Source: Gemmatimonadales bacterium (GTDB lineage Bacteria > Gemmatimonadota > Gemmatimonadetes > Gemmatimonadales > GWC2-71-9). From it: a stretch of 64,000 bases of DNA. Below the pieces are notes generated by a model that did not search any database, was not told the DNA's origin, and worked only from the letters and a program-made list of their open reading frames with translations. The stretch lies in contig OZ252244.1 in NCBI GenBank assembly GCA_965249575.1, positions 3,168,001 to 3,232,000 on the forward strand. Reading direction: 5' to 3'. Both the position numbers and the translations under genes were made by a program. The first letter of the stretch is position 1, and each line of letters begins with the position of its first letter. Below, piece by piece: positions 7,478 to 16,690 of this stretch.

Positions 7478-8467
7478 TTGTCCCATTCGCAGGTCATACG
7501 GCCGATTGACCAGAGTCCCGAGGGCCGCGGGACCGGGGAGGCAGGCTGGCTCGAGCCACCGCTGTGGTCACTGGTTGGCAACACGCCGCTCGTGCCGCTG
7601 GCGCCGTCGCAGCCTTTCGAGCCGGCGGCCACCCTGCTGCTCAAAGCCGAGTGGCTCAACCCGGGTGGGTCGGTCAAAGATCGAGCTGCACGGGAGATAC
7701 TGAGCGCCGGGTTGACCGAGGGGGCGCTTCCGGGGCGCAGGCTACTGGACGCCTCGAGTGGGAATACCGCGGTCGCCTACGCGATGCTCGGGGCCGCGGC
7801 GGGGGTTGGTGTGACGGTATGCGTGCCGGCCAACGCGTCGATCGAGCGGCGGAGTCTGTTGAAGGCGTACGGCGCCGAGGTCATTGAAACGGACCCGCTT
7901 GAAGGCAGTGACGGCGCGATTCAGCGGGCTCGAGCCCTCGCGGCGGAAGTGGGCGAGCAATACTGGTATGCCGATCAGTACGGCCACCCCGCCAACCCGG
8001 GAGCCCATTTGCGAACTACCGGACCCGAAATCTGGCGTGGCACCAGCGGTGCGGTCACGCACCTGGTGGCCGGCGTGGGTACGAGCGGTACGTTGATGGG
8101 TGCCGGGGCATACCTCAAGGAACGCCGTCGGGACATTCAACTCGTTGCTGTTGAGCCCGATGCCTCGCTGCATGGGCTCGAAGGTCTGAAGCGTATGGAC
8201 AGCGCCCTGGTGCCCTCGATCTACGACCCGAGCCGAATCGACCGAACGTGCTTCGTAGCAACCGACGAGGCCGAGGATCGGGTTCGCAGCTTGGCGCGGG
8301 AGCGAGGCATCTTCGTGGGGTGGTCAACTGGCGCTGCCGTCGTAGCGGCAGAGTCGATTGTACGGGAGTACGTGACCGAGGGGGGTGAGCCCCCAGTGAT
8401 CGTGATCATCGCGCCTGACGGGGGGCAGAGGTACTTGTCGGAGATCCGTCGCCTACTGAGCTCGTGA
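7478..8467 (+). CDS. PLP-dependent cysteine synthase (CysM-like)
   Basis: VGNTPLV, LKAEWLNPGGSVKDR, SSGNT, GVGTSGT, PDGGQRYLS. Confidence 0.9.
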   Translation: MSHSQVIRPIDQSPEGRGTGEAGWLEPPLWSLVGNTPLVPLAPSQPFEPAATLLLKAEWLNPGGSVKDRAAREILSAGLTEGALPGRRLLDASSGNTAVAYAMLGAAAGVGVTVCVPANASIERRSLLKAYGAEVIETDPLEGSDGAIQRARALAAEVGEQYWYADQYGHPANPGAHLRTTGPEIWRGTSGAVTHLVAGVGTSGTLMGAGAYLKERRRDIQLVAVEPDASLHGLEGLKRMDSALVPSIYDPSRIDRTCFVATDEAEDRVRSLARERGIFVGWSTGAAVVAAESIVREYVTEGGEPPVIVIIAPDGGQRYLSEIRRLLSS

Positions 8468-8510
8468 CGCCTCTCGTCGTGACGTATACGTTGTGAAGGA
8501 GCGAGACATT

Positions 8511-9689
8511 ATGGGTGTAAGTACCAGAACTCCACCGACCGAGGCGGTGCTTCCGGAGCTGACGCACGAGGAACTGCTTCGATATTCCCGCCACCTCATT
8601 TTGCCCGAGGTTGGCCCGGAAGGGCAACGGAAGCTCAAGGCTGCCCGCATCCTCCTGGTGGGTGCGGGTGGATTGGGCTCACCCGCGTCCCTGTACCTAG
8701 CTGCCGCGGGAGTCGGAACGATAGGGTTGGTCGATTTCGACGTCGTTGATGCGACGAATCTCCAACGTCAGATCGTCCATGGGACGGGCACGGTAGGCAC
8801 TCCAAAACTCCAGTCGGCGACGGACAGGCTTCGCGATCTCAATCCGAACGTCCACGTCGAAGGGTTCGAGACGAGGCTCACGTCCGAGAACGCGCTAGAG
8901 ATTTGCCGTGATTTCGACATGGTGCTGGATGGGACGGACAACTTCCCGACTCGCTATCTGGTCAACGATACGTGCGTCTTGCTCGGGAAGCCAAACGTCT
9001 ACGGCTCGATTTTCCGCTTCGAGGGGCAGGCGTCGGTGTTTTACGCCGAGGCGGGACCCTGCTACCGCTGCCTCTACCGGGAGCCGCCCCCGCCGGGACT
9101 CGTGCCGTCCTGCGCCGAGGGGGGGGTATTGGGAGTCTTGCCGGGGATCATCGGAAGCATCCAGGCGATGGAGGCCATTAAAGTCGCGCTTGGCCGTGGG
9201 GAGACCCTGATTGGGCGACTGCTGCTGTTCGACGCGCTGAAGCTGCGCTTCAGGGAGCTGAAACTGAAAAAGGATCCCGACTGCCCGATCTGCGGTACCA
9301 ATCCGAGCGTGACCGAGCTCATCGACTACGAGGCGTTCTGCGGCATCGGGTCGGAGCCCCCTCCCCAGTCGGGAGACGAGGTCGATCCCGAGACGCTGGC
9401 TGACGAGATCGGCGGCAAGGAAGACCTGGTGGTAGTCGACGTTCGGGAATCCTACGAGTCGGAGATTTGCAGCATCGAGGGCTCGGTGCTCATACCGCTT
9501 GGCTCGCTTCCCGGCCGCCTCGCCGAGCTGGACGGGCACGCAGAGATCGTGACGTACTGCCACCACGGGATGCGCTCGATGCAGGCGCTACAAATACTGC
9601 GCGCAGCTGGATTCCCAAACGTCCGGAGCCTGAGAGGCGGGATCGACGCCTGGGCTGACGATGTCGACACGGATATGGCGAAGTACTGA
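8511..9689 (+). CDS. moeB: MoeB/MoeZ adenylyltransferase with C-terminal rhodanese
   Basis: RYSRHLILPEVG, GAGGLGS, NLQRQ, CYRC and CPIC Zn motifs, rhodanese YCHHGMRS...GGIDAW. Confidence 0.92.
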   Translation: MGVSTRTPPTEAVLPELTHEELLRYSRHLILPEVGPEGQRKLKAARILLVGAGGLGSPASLYLAAAGVGTIGLVDFDVVDATNLQRQIVHGTGTVGTPKLQSATDRLRDLNPNVHVEGFETRLTSENALEICRDFDMVLDGTDNFPTRYLVNDTCVLLGKPNVYGSIFRFEGQASVFYAEAGPCYRCLYREPPPPGLVPSCAEGGVLGVLPGIIGSIQAMEAIKVALGRGETLIGRLLLFDALKLRFRELKLKKDPDCPICGTNPSVTELIDYEAFCGIGSEPPPQSGDEVDPETLADEIGGKEDLVVVDVRESYESEICSIEGSVLIPLGSLPGRLAELDGHAEIVTYCHHGMRSMQALQILRAAGFPNVRSLRGGIDAWADDVDTDMAKY

Positions 9690-9710
9690 TCTGGATCTCC
9701 CAGCTGCTGA

Positions 9711-9741
9711 CGGGCGGCCGGTGCCCAGCACCGGCCGCCCG
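9711..9741. terminator. Perfect 14-bp GC hairpin between convergent moeB and tRNA-Leu
   Basis: cgggcggccggtgc-cca-gcaccggccgcccg; only a weak U-tract follows. Confidence 0.6.
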
Positions 9742-9777
9742 CGTGCTTTCCGTATGTGAGGACTACTCTCCCGCGCG

Positions 9778-9862
<85 letters not shown>

Positions 9863-9885
9863 GGGAACCTTCCAAAGAGGAGCCG

Positions 9886-9915
9886 AATATAGACAGCAGT
9901 TTCACGGAGAGTCAA
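9886..9915 (-). promoter_or_regulatory. sigma70-type promoter for tRNA-Leu
   Basis: Minus strand TTGACT-18-TATATT. Confidence 0.6.
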
Positions 9916-9923
9916 CCCTCCGC

Positions 9924-9952
9924 TTGACCACACGGAAGCGCTTCTCTATCTT
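9924..9952 (+). promoter_or_regulatory. sigma70-type promoter for the smpB operon
   Basis: TTGACC-17-TATCTT, back to back with the tRNA promoter. Confidence 0.6.
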
Positions 9953-9963
9953 GGAGTTAGCCC

Positions 9964-10443
9964 GTGTCACCGCGCCCCGTTTCGGCCCCTGAGGCCGGCG
10001 TGATTGTGGCCCGAAACCCCAAGGCCCGCCACGACTACCACATTCTCGACAAGTGGGAGGCGGGCCTTGCGCTCACCGGGTCCGAGATCAAATCGGTCCG
10101 GGCGGGTAAGGTCAGCCTGAAACAGGCGTTCGGCGTGGTTCGGGGTGGGGAGGTTTGGATAGAAGCAATGCACGTGTCGCCGTACGAGTCCGGGGGATAT
10201 GCCAATCACGATCCGATCCGTCGTCGAAAGCTCCTGCTTCACCGACGCGAGATCCGCCGTCTGATCGGCGCGGTCCAACAGAAGGGGCTGACGCTGGTCC
10301 CATTGGATCTGCATTTCACCCGGGGTCGGGCGAAGCTCACCATCGCTCTCGGGCGAGGCAAAAAGACCCACGACAAACGGCAGGACCTGAAGCAACGGGA
10401 TGCCGAACGGGAGCTGGCTCGCACCGTGGGCCGAAGGCGATGA
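9964..10443 (+). CDS. smpB: SsrA-binding protein
   Basis: NPKARHDYHI, EAGLALTGSEIKS, RKLLLHRREI, GKKTHDKR. Confidence 0.97.
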   Translation: MSPRPVSAPEAGVIVARNPKARHDYHILDKWEAGLALTGSEIKSVRAGKVSLKQAFGVVRGGEVWIEAMHVSPYESGGYANHDPIRRRKLLLHRREIRRLIGAVQQKGLTLVPLDLHFTRGRAKLTIALGRGKKTHDKRQDLKQRDAERELARTVGRRR

Positions 10444-11669
10444 TATCGCTGTTGCTCGCCGCGATGACGTGTCCCGTGCTGCCCTGCTCGAGCACGGGTG
10501 CGCCGGCGCACATCACCGTAGCGACGGCTCGAGGAGAATTCGTCATCCCCGTCTCGGTCGAGCGCGGCCATCCGGTGCTGCCGGCCAGCCGGTTGCAGAC
10601 CAGCCTCCCGATGGTGTCCGACGTCTCAGAGGGGTGGGCAGCCGTACTCCTCGCCGAGCAGCCGTTTCGCTTCCTGCTTGGCGCGCCGGCGTTCACGTAC
10701 CGGGGTCGGCTGATTCCTTTGGCCGGCGGTGCCTACGTCCTGCGGGACACGTTGTTTCTCCCCCTGCAGTGGCTCACTGGGCACGTGCCGCGGATCTTTC
10801 AAGAGGCATATCGCTACGATCCCTACGCCGCACGATTCGAGGAGGCGTCGTTCGCGCCGGTCGTGACCCGAGTCTCGTCACGAGCGATTCGCACAGCGCC
10901 ACCGGCGCCCGCCGCATCCGTTTTGCCGCCAAGCGGCGCGTTGCGTCGCGCGCACACGGTCGTAGTTGATCCGGGTCACGGGGGGGCGGACCCGGGGAAC
11001 CCCGGACTGCACTTTCCCCGTGGTGTGAAAGAAAAGCACGTGACGCTAGCGCTGGCCAAACTCCTCCGCACGGAGCTCCGACGACGCGGTGTCGAGGTCA
11101 TCATGACGCGGACGACCGACTCATTGGTCGATCTGCACGACCGGGGGAGCCTGTGCCGCGAGAGCTGCGATCTCTTCGCGAGCATTCACGTGAACAGTTT
11201 GGGCCGACATGTGAGGCGCTACCAGCAGGTCGGTGGTTTTGAGACCTATTTCCTCTCGGAAGCACGTACGGCCGAAGCACGCCGGGTAGCGGCGATGGAG
11301 AACGAGGCCCTGCGGTACGAGACGACATTTGGGCCGGCTGTCGACGATCCGCTCGGCTTCATCCTCAAGGATCTTCAGACGAACGAATACCTGCGCGAAT
11401 CCGCATTGCTGGCCGACCTCATTCAGCGTCACGGAGCCCGGGCACATCCCGGAAAAGACCGGGGTGTTTCCCAAGCCGGGTTCATGGTCTTGACCACGGC
11501 CCGGCGACCGGCCGTGCTCGTAGAAACCGGATTCAGCACGAACAGGCGGGATGCGCGATTCCTCGCCGGGCGGATGGGGCAATCCAAGCTGGCGTCCGCC
11601 ATCGCCGACGGCATTGTCGCTTACCTGCGCGAGTACGAGAGCAAGGTGGCCGCGGGCATCTCCCCGTGA
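10440..11669 (+). CDS. N-acetylmuramoyl-L-alanine amidase (Amidase_3)
   Basis: VVVDPGHGGADPG, EKHVTL, FASIHVN, PAVLVETGF. ATG overlaps the smpB stop. Confidence 0.92.
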   Translation: MISLLLAAMTCPVLPCSSTGAPAHITVATARGEFVIPVSVERGHPVLPASRLQTSLPMVSDVSEGWAAVLLAEQPFRFLLGAPAFTYRGRLIPLAGGAYVLRDTLFLPLQWLTGHVPRIFQEAYRYDPYAARFEEASFAPVVTRVSSRAIRTAPPAPAASVLPPSGALRRAHTVVVDPGHGGADPGNPGLHFPRGVKEKHVTLALAKLLRTELRRRGVEVIMTRTTDSLVDLHDRGSLCRESCDLFASIHVNSLGRHVRRYQQVGGFETYFLSEARTAEARRVAAMENEALRYETTFGPAVDDPLGFILKDLQTNEYLRESALLADLIQRHGARAHPGKDRGVSQAGFMVLTTARRPAVLVETGFSTNRRDARFLAGRMGQSKLASAIADGIVAYLREYESKVAAGISP

Positions 11670-13084
11670 CGCATACCATGTGGGGTCGATTCGGCCTCAT
11701 GCTCGCTTGCAGCTCCCCGTCTTGCGCGTATTACAATGCACTTTACAACGCTAACCAGCTTGCTGAGCGGGCGCGGGCGGCGCAGGAGCAGGGCAGTCCT
11801 GCCGAGGCTCGATCACTCTGGGAGCAGGTGGCCATCAAGGCCGAGTCGGTCACGATTCGCCACCCGGGCAGCAAGTATTTCGACGATGCGCTCTTGCTCC
11901 AGGGGATCGCACTCAGTCAGCTCGAGCGGTGTCGCGAAGCCATCGCGCCGCTCTCCGGTGCCGAGTCGTCATCTCCCGATCCACTCCTCGTGAATCGCGC
12001 CCGATACCTTCTCGGACGGTGCTATGTGGCCACGGATGAGCCGGCCATGGCCATGGAGGTCTTGGACTCGTTGCTCGAGAACGTGGGCAGCGGCGAGGGC
12101 AGTCGGCCTGCGTTGCTCTGGCGCGGGCGTGCCGCCCTTGCCATGAGTCGGTACGGCGAGGCGACCGAAGATCTGGCACGGTCCGGTGATCCCCAGGCGC
12201 GACTTGGACTCGCGTTCGGACTGGCTCATCTGCGTCGGTGGGACGAGCTCGACAGCCTGTTGGGAGCGGTCCTGCGGCGGGGGTACGACGAGCCGGCGTG
12301 GCTCGGGGCCCTCGACGGACTTGGTAGCGGGAACTCCGAGGCGGCGCGCGCATTGGTGAACCGATTGGACGTGCGGTCAGAGCTCACCGAGCTCGAACGA
12401 GCGAGGCTCCTCATCGCCGACGGCAACCGCCTGGAGGCGGCGGGCCGGTCCAGCGAGGGGGCGGAGCGTTTCCGTTCCGTCGCAAGCCGTTTGCCGGACG
12501 CGACTCTTGGACGGCTGGCTAGGGTGCGCCTGATTCTCAACCGACTTCGCTTTGATGGTGCCCCCGCATCAGTGCCCGCGGTCCTCCGCGAGCTGGAAGC
12601 ATCCTCCCGGGGCGGTCCCGCGGCTGAACTGGCAGCGCCCGCGATCTCCATACTGCGCCGGATAGTCACCCATGTGCGTGGCAGACCCGGGTCTGACGCG
12701 GAGCTGTTTCTCCTTGGCGAACTGGCCCGCGACTCGCTCTTGGCGCCACTGCTCGCCGGGTCGCTCTTCCGGAGAGTGCAGTTCGAGCATCCGGAATCCG
12801 CGATTGCGCCGAAGGCGTTGCTGGCCGCGGCCTGGGCGGAGCCGGGTGCGAGGGCCGATCTCATCGAGCGGCTGCGCTCTGACTATCCGAAGTCCCCCTA
12901 TGCGCGGGCACTGAGCGGGGAAGACCCCGCCGGGTTCTCGGCCGCCGAGGCGTCCCTGCATCGCGAGGCGGCCCAGCCCATTGGCGCCGAGCGCACGACG
13001 CGCCTGGGGCCCGACCCGGCCCGTCCGCCACCGGGGTTGCGCCCGTCGCGCACCCGGCCCCGGGTCCCTGGTCCTGAGCCATGA
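11666..13084 (+). CDS. TPR-like exported/lipoprotein, unknown function
   Basis: CAYYNALYNA after an N-terminal signal-like region; TPR-like helices; PESAIAPKALL; Pro-rich tail. Overlaps both neighbours by 4 nt. Confidence 0.7.
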   Translation: MTHTMWGRFGLMLACSSPSCAYYNALYNANQLAERARAAQEQGSPAEARSLWEQVAIKAESVTIRHPGSKYFDDALLLQGIALSQLERCREAIAPLSGAESSSPDPLLVNRARYLLGRCYVATDEPAMAMEVLDSLLENVGSGEGSRPALLWRGRAALAMSRYGEATEDLARSGDPQARLGLAFGLAHLRRWDELDSLLGAVLRRGYDEPAWLGALDGLGSGNSEAARALVNRLDVRSELTELERARLLIADGNRLEAAGRSSEGAERFRSVASRLPDATLGRLARVRLILNRLRFDGAPASVPAVLRELEASSRGGPAAELAAPAISILRRIVTHVRGRPGSDAELFLLGELARDSLLAPLLAGSLFRRVQFEHPESAIAPKALLAAAWAEPGARADLIERLRSDYPKSPYARALSGEDPAGFSAAEASLHREAAQPIGAERTTRLGPDPARPPPGLRPSRTRPRVPGPEP

Positions 13085-13971
13085 GCCGGAACGGCGGTGT
13101 GATCGACGCGTTCGGTGTGGCGTTTCACAATCCGATCTTACTGGCCGCTGGTACCGCTGGATTCGGACATGAAGTAGCCGGCGTTATGCAGCTCGGCCAA
13201 CTTGGCGGGCTCATCACCAAGTCGGTCAGTCCGGAGCCCAGGCCTGGCCACCCGTCACCGCGCGTTGCGGAGTTCGATGGCGGGATGCTGAACGCGGTGG
13301 GACTCGCCAACCCCGGTGTCGACCGGGTCGCCACGACGGATCTCCCGTGGCTAGAGCGCCACTTCCCCCGCCTGCCGGTCATCGTAAATGTCGTCGGATC
13401 GGTTCCAGAGGACTACGTCGCGGTCATTCGCCGCCTCGAGGGTGTCGCTGGCGTCACCGCATTCGAGCTCAACGTGTCCTGCCCCAACACCGCCCGCGGC
13501 GGGGAGGAATTCGGTGCAAACCCAGAGGTGCTGGCCGGGTTGGTATCGCTGTGCCGCTCGAGTACGTCGAGGCCCCTAATCGTGAAGCTCGCCCCGACCT
13601 TGCCGGACATCGCTGGCACGGCGGGGGCCGCGATCGAGGCGGGGGCAGATGGCCTCTCGCTCATCAACACCATTCCCGGCACGCTCTATCGGTCGCTGGT
13701 GGACAACGGCCCCGAGGCAGCAGTCCCCCGACTCGGTTACGGCCATGGTGGAGTGTCCGGCCCCGGGCTCCTACCGATCGGCGTGCTGGCGACGCGCCGG
13801 GTTCGAGCGCGCACCGACCTGCCGATCATCGGTGTCGGGGGCGTCCGCCGCATCGAGGACGTGCTGCAGTATCGGAACGCGGGGGCAACGTTGGTGGCTG
13901 TGGGCACTGCGGCGTTGGCGGATCCACGCTTGCCCGAGCGGTTAGCGGCTGAATGGGGTACGAATGGCTGA
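13081..13971 (+). CDS. pyrD: Dihydroorotate dehydrogenase (family 1)
   Basis: NPILLAAGT, MLNAVGLANPG, ELNVSCPN, INTI, GGVSG, IIGVGGV. Confidence 0.93.
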   Translation: MSRNGGVIDAFGVAFHNPILLAAGTAGFGHEVAGVMQLGQLGGLITKSVSPEPRPGHPSPRVAEFDGGMLNAVGLANPGVDRVATTDLPWLERHFPRLPVIVNVVGSVPEDYVAVIRRLEGVAGVTAFELNVSCPNTARGGEEFGANPEVLAGLVSLCRSSTSRPLIVKLAPTLPDIAGTAGAAIEAGADGLSLINTIPGTLYRSLVDNGPEAAVPRLGYGHGGVSGPGLLPIGVLATRRVRARTDLPIIGVGGVRRIEDVLQYRNAGATLVAVGTAALADPRLPERLAAEWGTNG

Positions 13972-14644
13972 GATCGTCGTCGCTCTCGACGTGGCGCCAG
14001 TCGAGAAGGCGCTACGACTCGTGGAGTCCTTGCCATCGCTCTCATGGGTCAAGATCGGGCCCATGCTGTTCGTGCGGGACGGGCCGCGCGTGATGGCCGA
14101 ACTCAAGGCGCGGGGGGTCAAGATTTTTCTCGACCTCAAATGGCACGACATTCCCCACGCCGTCGCGGGAGCAGCGGAGGCGGCAGCAGCGGCGGGCGTG
14201 GATCTCGCCACGGTGCATGCGCTCGGGGGCTCCGAGATGATGCGCGCGGCCGTCGACGTCGCCGGCGCCATGCGGCTCGTAGCAGTCACGGTGTTGACGT
14301 CGCATACGGACGAGACCTATCGAAGCACGGTTGGCCGCTCCGACGGGGTTGGCGTGCGTGACGAGGTCATTCGACTGACACAGCTCGCGCTCTCGAGCGG
14401 CGTCGGGGGGGTCGTCGCGTCTCCGCTAGAGATCGAGAGCATTCGGGGTCTGGTGAGTCCGAAAGAGTGGATCGTGGTGCCCGGAATCCGGTCCCTGGGA
14501 GCGGATCCAGGAGATCAGCGCCGGACCGCGAGCGCCCGAGATGCCGCTCGCGCGGGCGCTACTCACCTAGTGGTCGGTCGCCCCATTACCAGGGCTCCCG
14601 ATCCCGCGGCCGCATACGCGGCCATGCTGGAGGCGGCGTGCTGA
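13964..14644 (+). CDS. pyrF: Orotidine-5'-phosphate decarboxylase
   Basis: VALD, FLDLKWHDIP, VTVLTS, VPGIR, DQRR, VVGRPIT. Confidence 0.96.
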   Translation: MAEIVVALDVAPVEKALRLVESLPSLSWVKIGPMLFVRDGPRVMAELKARGVKIFLDLKWHDIPHAVAGAAEAAAAAGVDLATVHALGGSEMMRAAVDVAGAMRLVAVTVLTSHTDETYRSTVGRSDGVGVRDEVIRLTQLALSSGVGGVVASPLEIESIRGLVSPKEWIVVPGIRSLGADPGDQRRTASARDAARAGATHLVVGRPITRAPDPAAAYAAMLEAAC

Positions 14645-15081
14645 TTTGGCGCGCCGGCCTCCCCAGCCCCCTCGTTTTCTTGGTTGCGACCGCCGTCATG
14701 CCTCCCCAGCTGGCTGCCCAGGCGAGCCTAGATGACGCCGCCGGGTCGATACGGGCGGCGTGGGTGGGGGGGGACATGCGTGGGGTTGCGGTGGGGAGCC
14801 GCGCCGTGCGTCTCGAGATCCCCCTGGAGGGCGCGGGAGGTGGGGGCACGCTCACCTCGATCCAAGCGGCCAAGCTCCTCGCCGAATATGTGGCGCCGGC
14901 CAGCGAGGTCGCGTTCGAGCTTCGTCAGGTTCGGAGCGTCGGGGAAGACCGTGGATACGTCGAAGGGGTTCGCGTCTTTGTCGTTCGTGGGACAGACCAA
15001 GAGCTCCGGGAAGTGGTCTTTTTCGGCCTCGAATTGTACGAGGGAACATGGCGGGTGGTGGAGGTGCGTATCGCCTCGTAG
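14638..15081 (+). CDS. Exported hypothetical protein (NTF2-like/DUF4783-like)
   Basis: Signal-like N-terminus ending LAAQ; C-terminal GTWRVVEVR. GTG overlaps the pyrF end. Confidence 0.6.
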   Translation: MLIWRAGLPSPLVFLVATAVMPPQLAAQASLDDAAGSIRAAWVGGDMRGVAVGSRAVRLEIPLEGAGGGGTLTSIQAAKLLAEYVAPASEVAFELRQVRSVGEDRGYVEGVRVFVVRGTDQELREVVFFGLELYEGTWRVVEVRIAS

Positions 15082-15090
15082 CACAGTCAG

Positions 15091-15119
15091 TTGCGTCACC
15101 TCATACCGACGTCTATATT
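15091..15119 (+). promoter_or_regulatory. sigma70-type promoter of the alpha operon
   Basis: TTGCGT-17-TATATT followed by an AT-rich leader. Confidence 0.6.
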
Positions 15120-15162
15120 TTAAGTCTGTGTCAAAAAACCAACTTTCTAGGGTGGTTGTCTC

Positions 15163-15279
15163 TTGAAGGTCCGTTCAAGTGTGAAGCCCATTTGCGAGCA
15201 TTGCAAGGTCATTCGACGGGGTGGCGTGACGCGCATTATCTGCAAGCGCAATCCCAAGCACAAGCAAAGGCAGGGTTAG
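15163..15279 (+). CDS. rpmJ: 50S ribosomal protein L36 (not in ORF track)
   Basis: TTG start; [38 protein letters not shown]. Confidence 0.97.
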   Translation: MKVRSSVKPICEHCKVIRRGGVTRIICKRNPKHKQRQG

Positions 15280-15660
15280 GTGGCGCGCATCGCAGGGGTG
15301 GATCTTCCGAGGGAAAAGCGCGTTCAAGTCGCACTGACATACATCTTTGGCGTTGGGAACTCTACGGCCAAGCGGATTCTCGATCAGACCGCCGTGGCGC
15401 CCGACACCCGCGTGCGCGAGCTTTCGGACGCGGAGGTCGCGCGACTTCGACAGGTGATCGAGCGCGAGGTAAAAGTCGAGGGGGCGTTGCGAACCGAAGT
15501 CGCGATGAACATCAAGCGGCTCATGGACATCGGATCGTACCGTGGGACTCGCCACCGGCGCGGGCTGCCGGTTCGGGGGCAGCGCACCCACACCAACGCG
15601 CGGACCAAAAAGGGGCCGCGCCGGGCCATCGCGGGCAAGAAAAAGGTGGCGAAGAAATAG
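15280..15660 (+). CDS. rpsM: 30S ribosomal protein S13
   Basis: [10 protein letters not shown]...[22 protein letters not shown]. Confidence 0.98.
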   Translation: MARIAGVDLPREKRVQVALTYIFGVGNSTAKRILDQTAVAPDTRVRELSDAEVARLRQVIEREVKVEGALRTEVAMNIKRLMDIGSYRGTRHRRGLPVRGQRTHTNARTKKGPRRAIAGKKKVAKK

Positions 15661-15661
15661 C

Positions 15662-16051
15662 ATGGCGCAAACATCATCAGGCGGTAAGCGGACGAAGAAA
15701 GCCGTGGAGGCTGAGGGGATAGCCCACATTACGGCGACCTTCAACAACACGCTGATCACGATCACGGATACGCAGGGCAACACGGTCGCGTGGGGCTCGG
15801 CGGGCAAGTCGGGGTTCAAGGGATCGAAGAAGTCCACGTCCTTCGCTGCGACGGTTGCCGCCGAGAACTGCGGGCGGGAAGCTTTCAATCTCGGTGTTCG
15901 GCGTATTCACGTGCGTGTGCAGGGTCCCGGGTCCGGTCGTGAATCGGCAATCCAGGCGTTGGCCAGCGCGGGACTGAACGTCGCATCGATACGTGACGTG
16001 ACCCCAATCCCGCACAACGGCTGCCGCCCCCCAAAGAAACGCCGGGTCTGA
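15662..16051 (+). CDS. rpsK: 30S ribosomal protein S11
   Basis: [38 protein letters not shown]. Confidence 0.98.
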   Translation: MAQTSSGGKRTKKAVEAEGIAHITATFNNTLITITDTQGNTVAWGSAGKSGFKGSKKSTSFAATVAAENCGREAFNLGVRRIHVRVQGPGSGRESAIQALASAGLNVASIRDVTPIPHNGCRPPKKRRV

Positions 16052-16054
16052 TTC

Positions 16055-16690
16055 ATGGCGCGTTATACCGGACCCGTCTGTAGGCTGTGCCGTCGCGAGG
16101 GGACCAAGCTGTTCCTCAAGGGGTCCCGGTGCCTGACCGAGAAGTGCGCGGTCGACAGACGGGCCTACGCCCCGGGCCAGCACGGGCAGTCGACCGGTCG
16201 CCGCCGTAAGACCTCAGAATACGCGAAGCAGCTGCGCGAGAAGCAGAAGGTCAAGCGGACCTACGGTCTGTCCGAGCGCCAGTTCCGCAATACCTTCGAC
16301 AGGGTCCGCCAACTGCCGGGCGTCACGGGCGAGAACCTGCTGGTGGCGTTGGAGACCCGGCTCGACAATATCGTCTATCGGATGGGATTCTCGGCCAGTC
16401 GCCGGGGGGCACGGCAACTCGTTCGACATCGGCACGTGCAGGTGAACGGCGCCACCGTCGACGTTCCGTCATTCAGGGTCCGGCCAAAAGACGAGATCGG
16501 GCTGCGTCCCGCGAGCAAGGACTTGACCGCGGTACGCGCGTCTCTCGAGGCGCTGTCACGCGCCGCGCCGGTGTCATGGCTGACGGTTGATTCGGACAAG
16601 GCGGTTGGGAAGGTCATGGAACGACCGACCCGCGAAACCATCCCGGTAGCCGCCCAAGAACAACTCATCGTCGAGCTCTACTCGAAGTGA
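16055..16690 (+). CDS. rpsD: 30S ribosomal protein S4
   Basis: MARYTGPVCRLCRREG, LREKQK, LETRLDNIVYRMGF, IVELYSK. Confidence 0.98.
   Translation: MARYTGPVCRLCRREGTKLFLKGSRCLTEKCAVDRRAYAPGQHGQSTGRRRKTSEYAKQLREKQKVKRTYGLSERQFRNTFDRVRQLPGVTGENLLVALETRLDNIVYRMGFSASRRGARQLVRHRHVQVNGATVDVPSFRVRPKDEIGLRPASKDLTAVRASLEALSRAAPVSWLTVDSDKAVGKVMERPTRETIPVAAQEQLIVELYSK

Noticed and set aside
10155..10439. Long N-terminal extension of the amidase
   Set aside because: Alternate frame of smpB. ATG 10440 precedes a signal-like sequence.
9863..10443. tmRNA (ssrA) next to smpB
   Set aside because: No tmRNA-like ends or room; the gap holds two divergent promoters.
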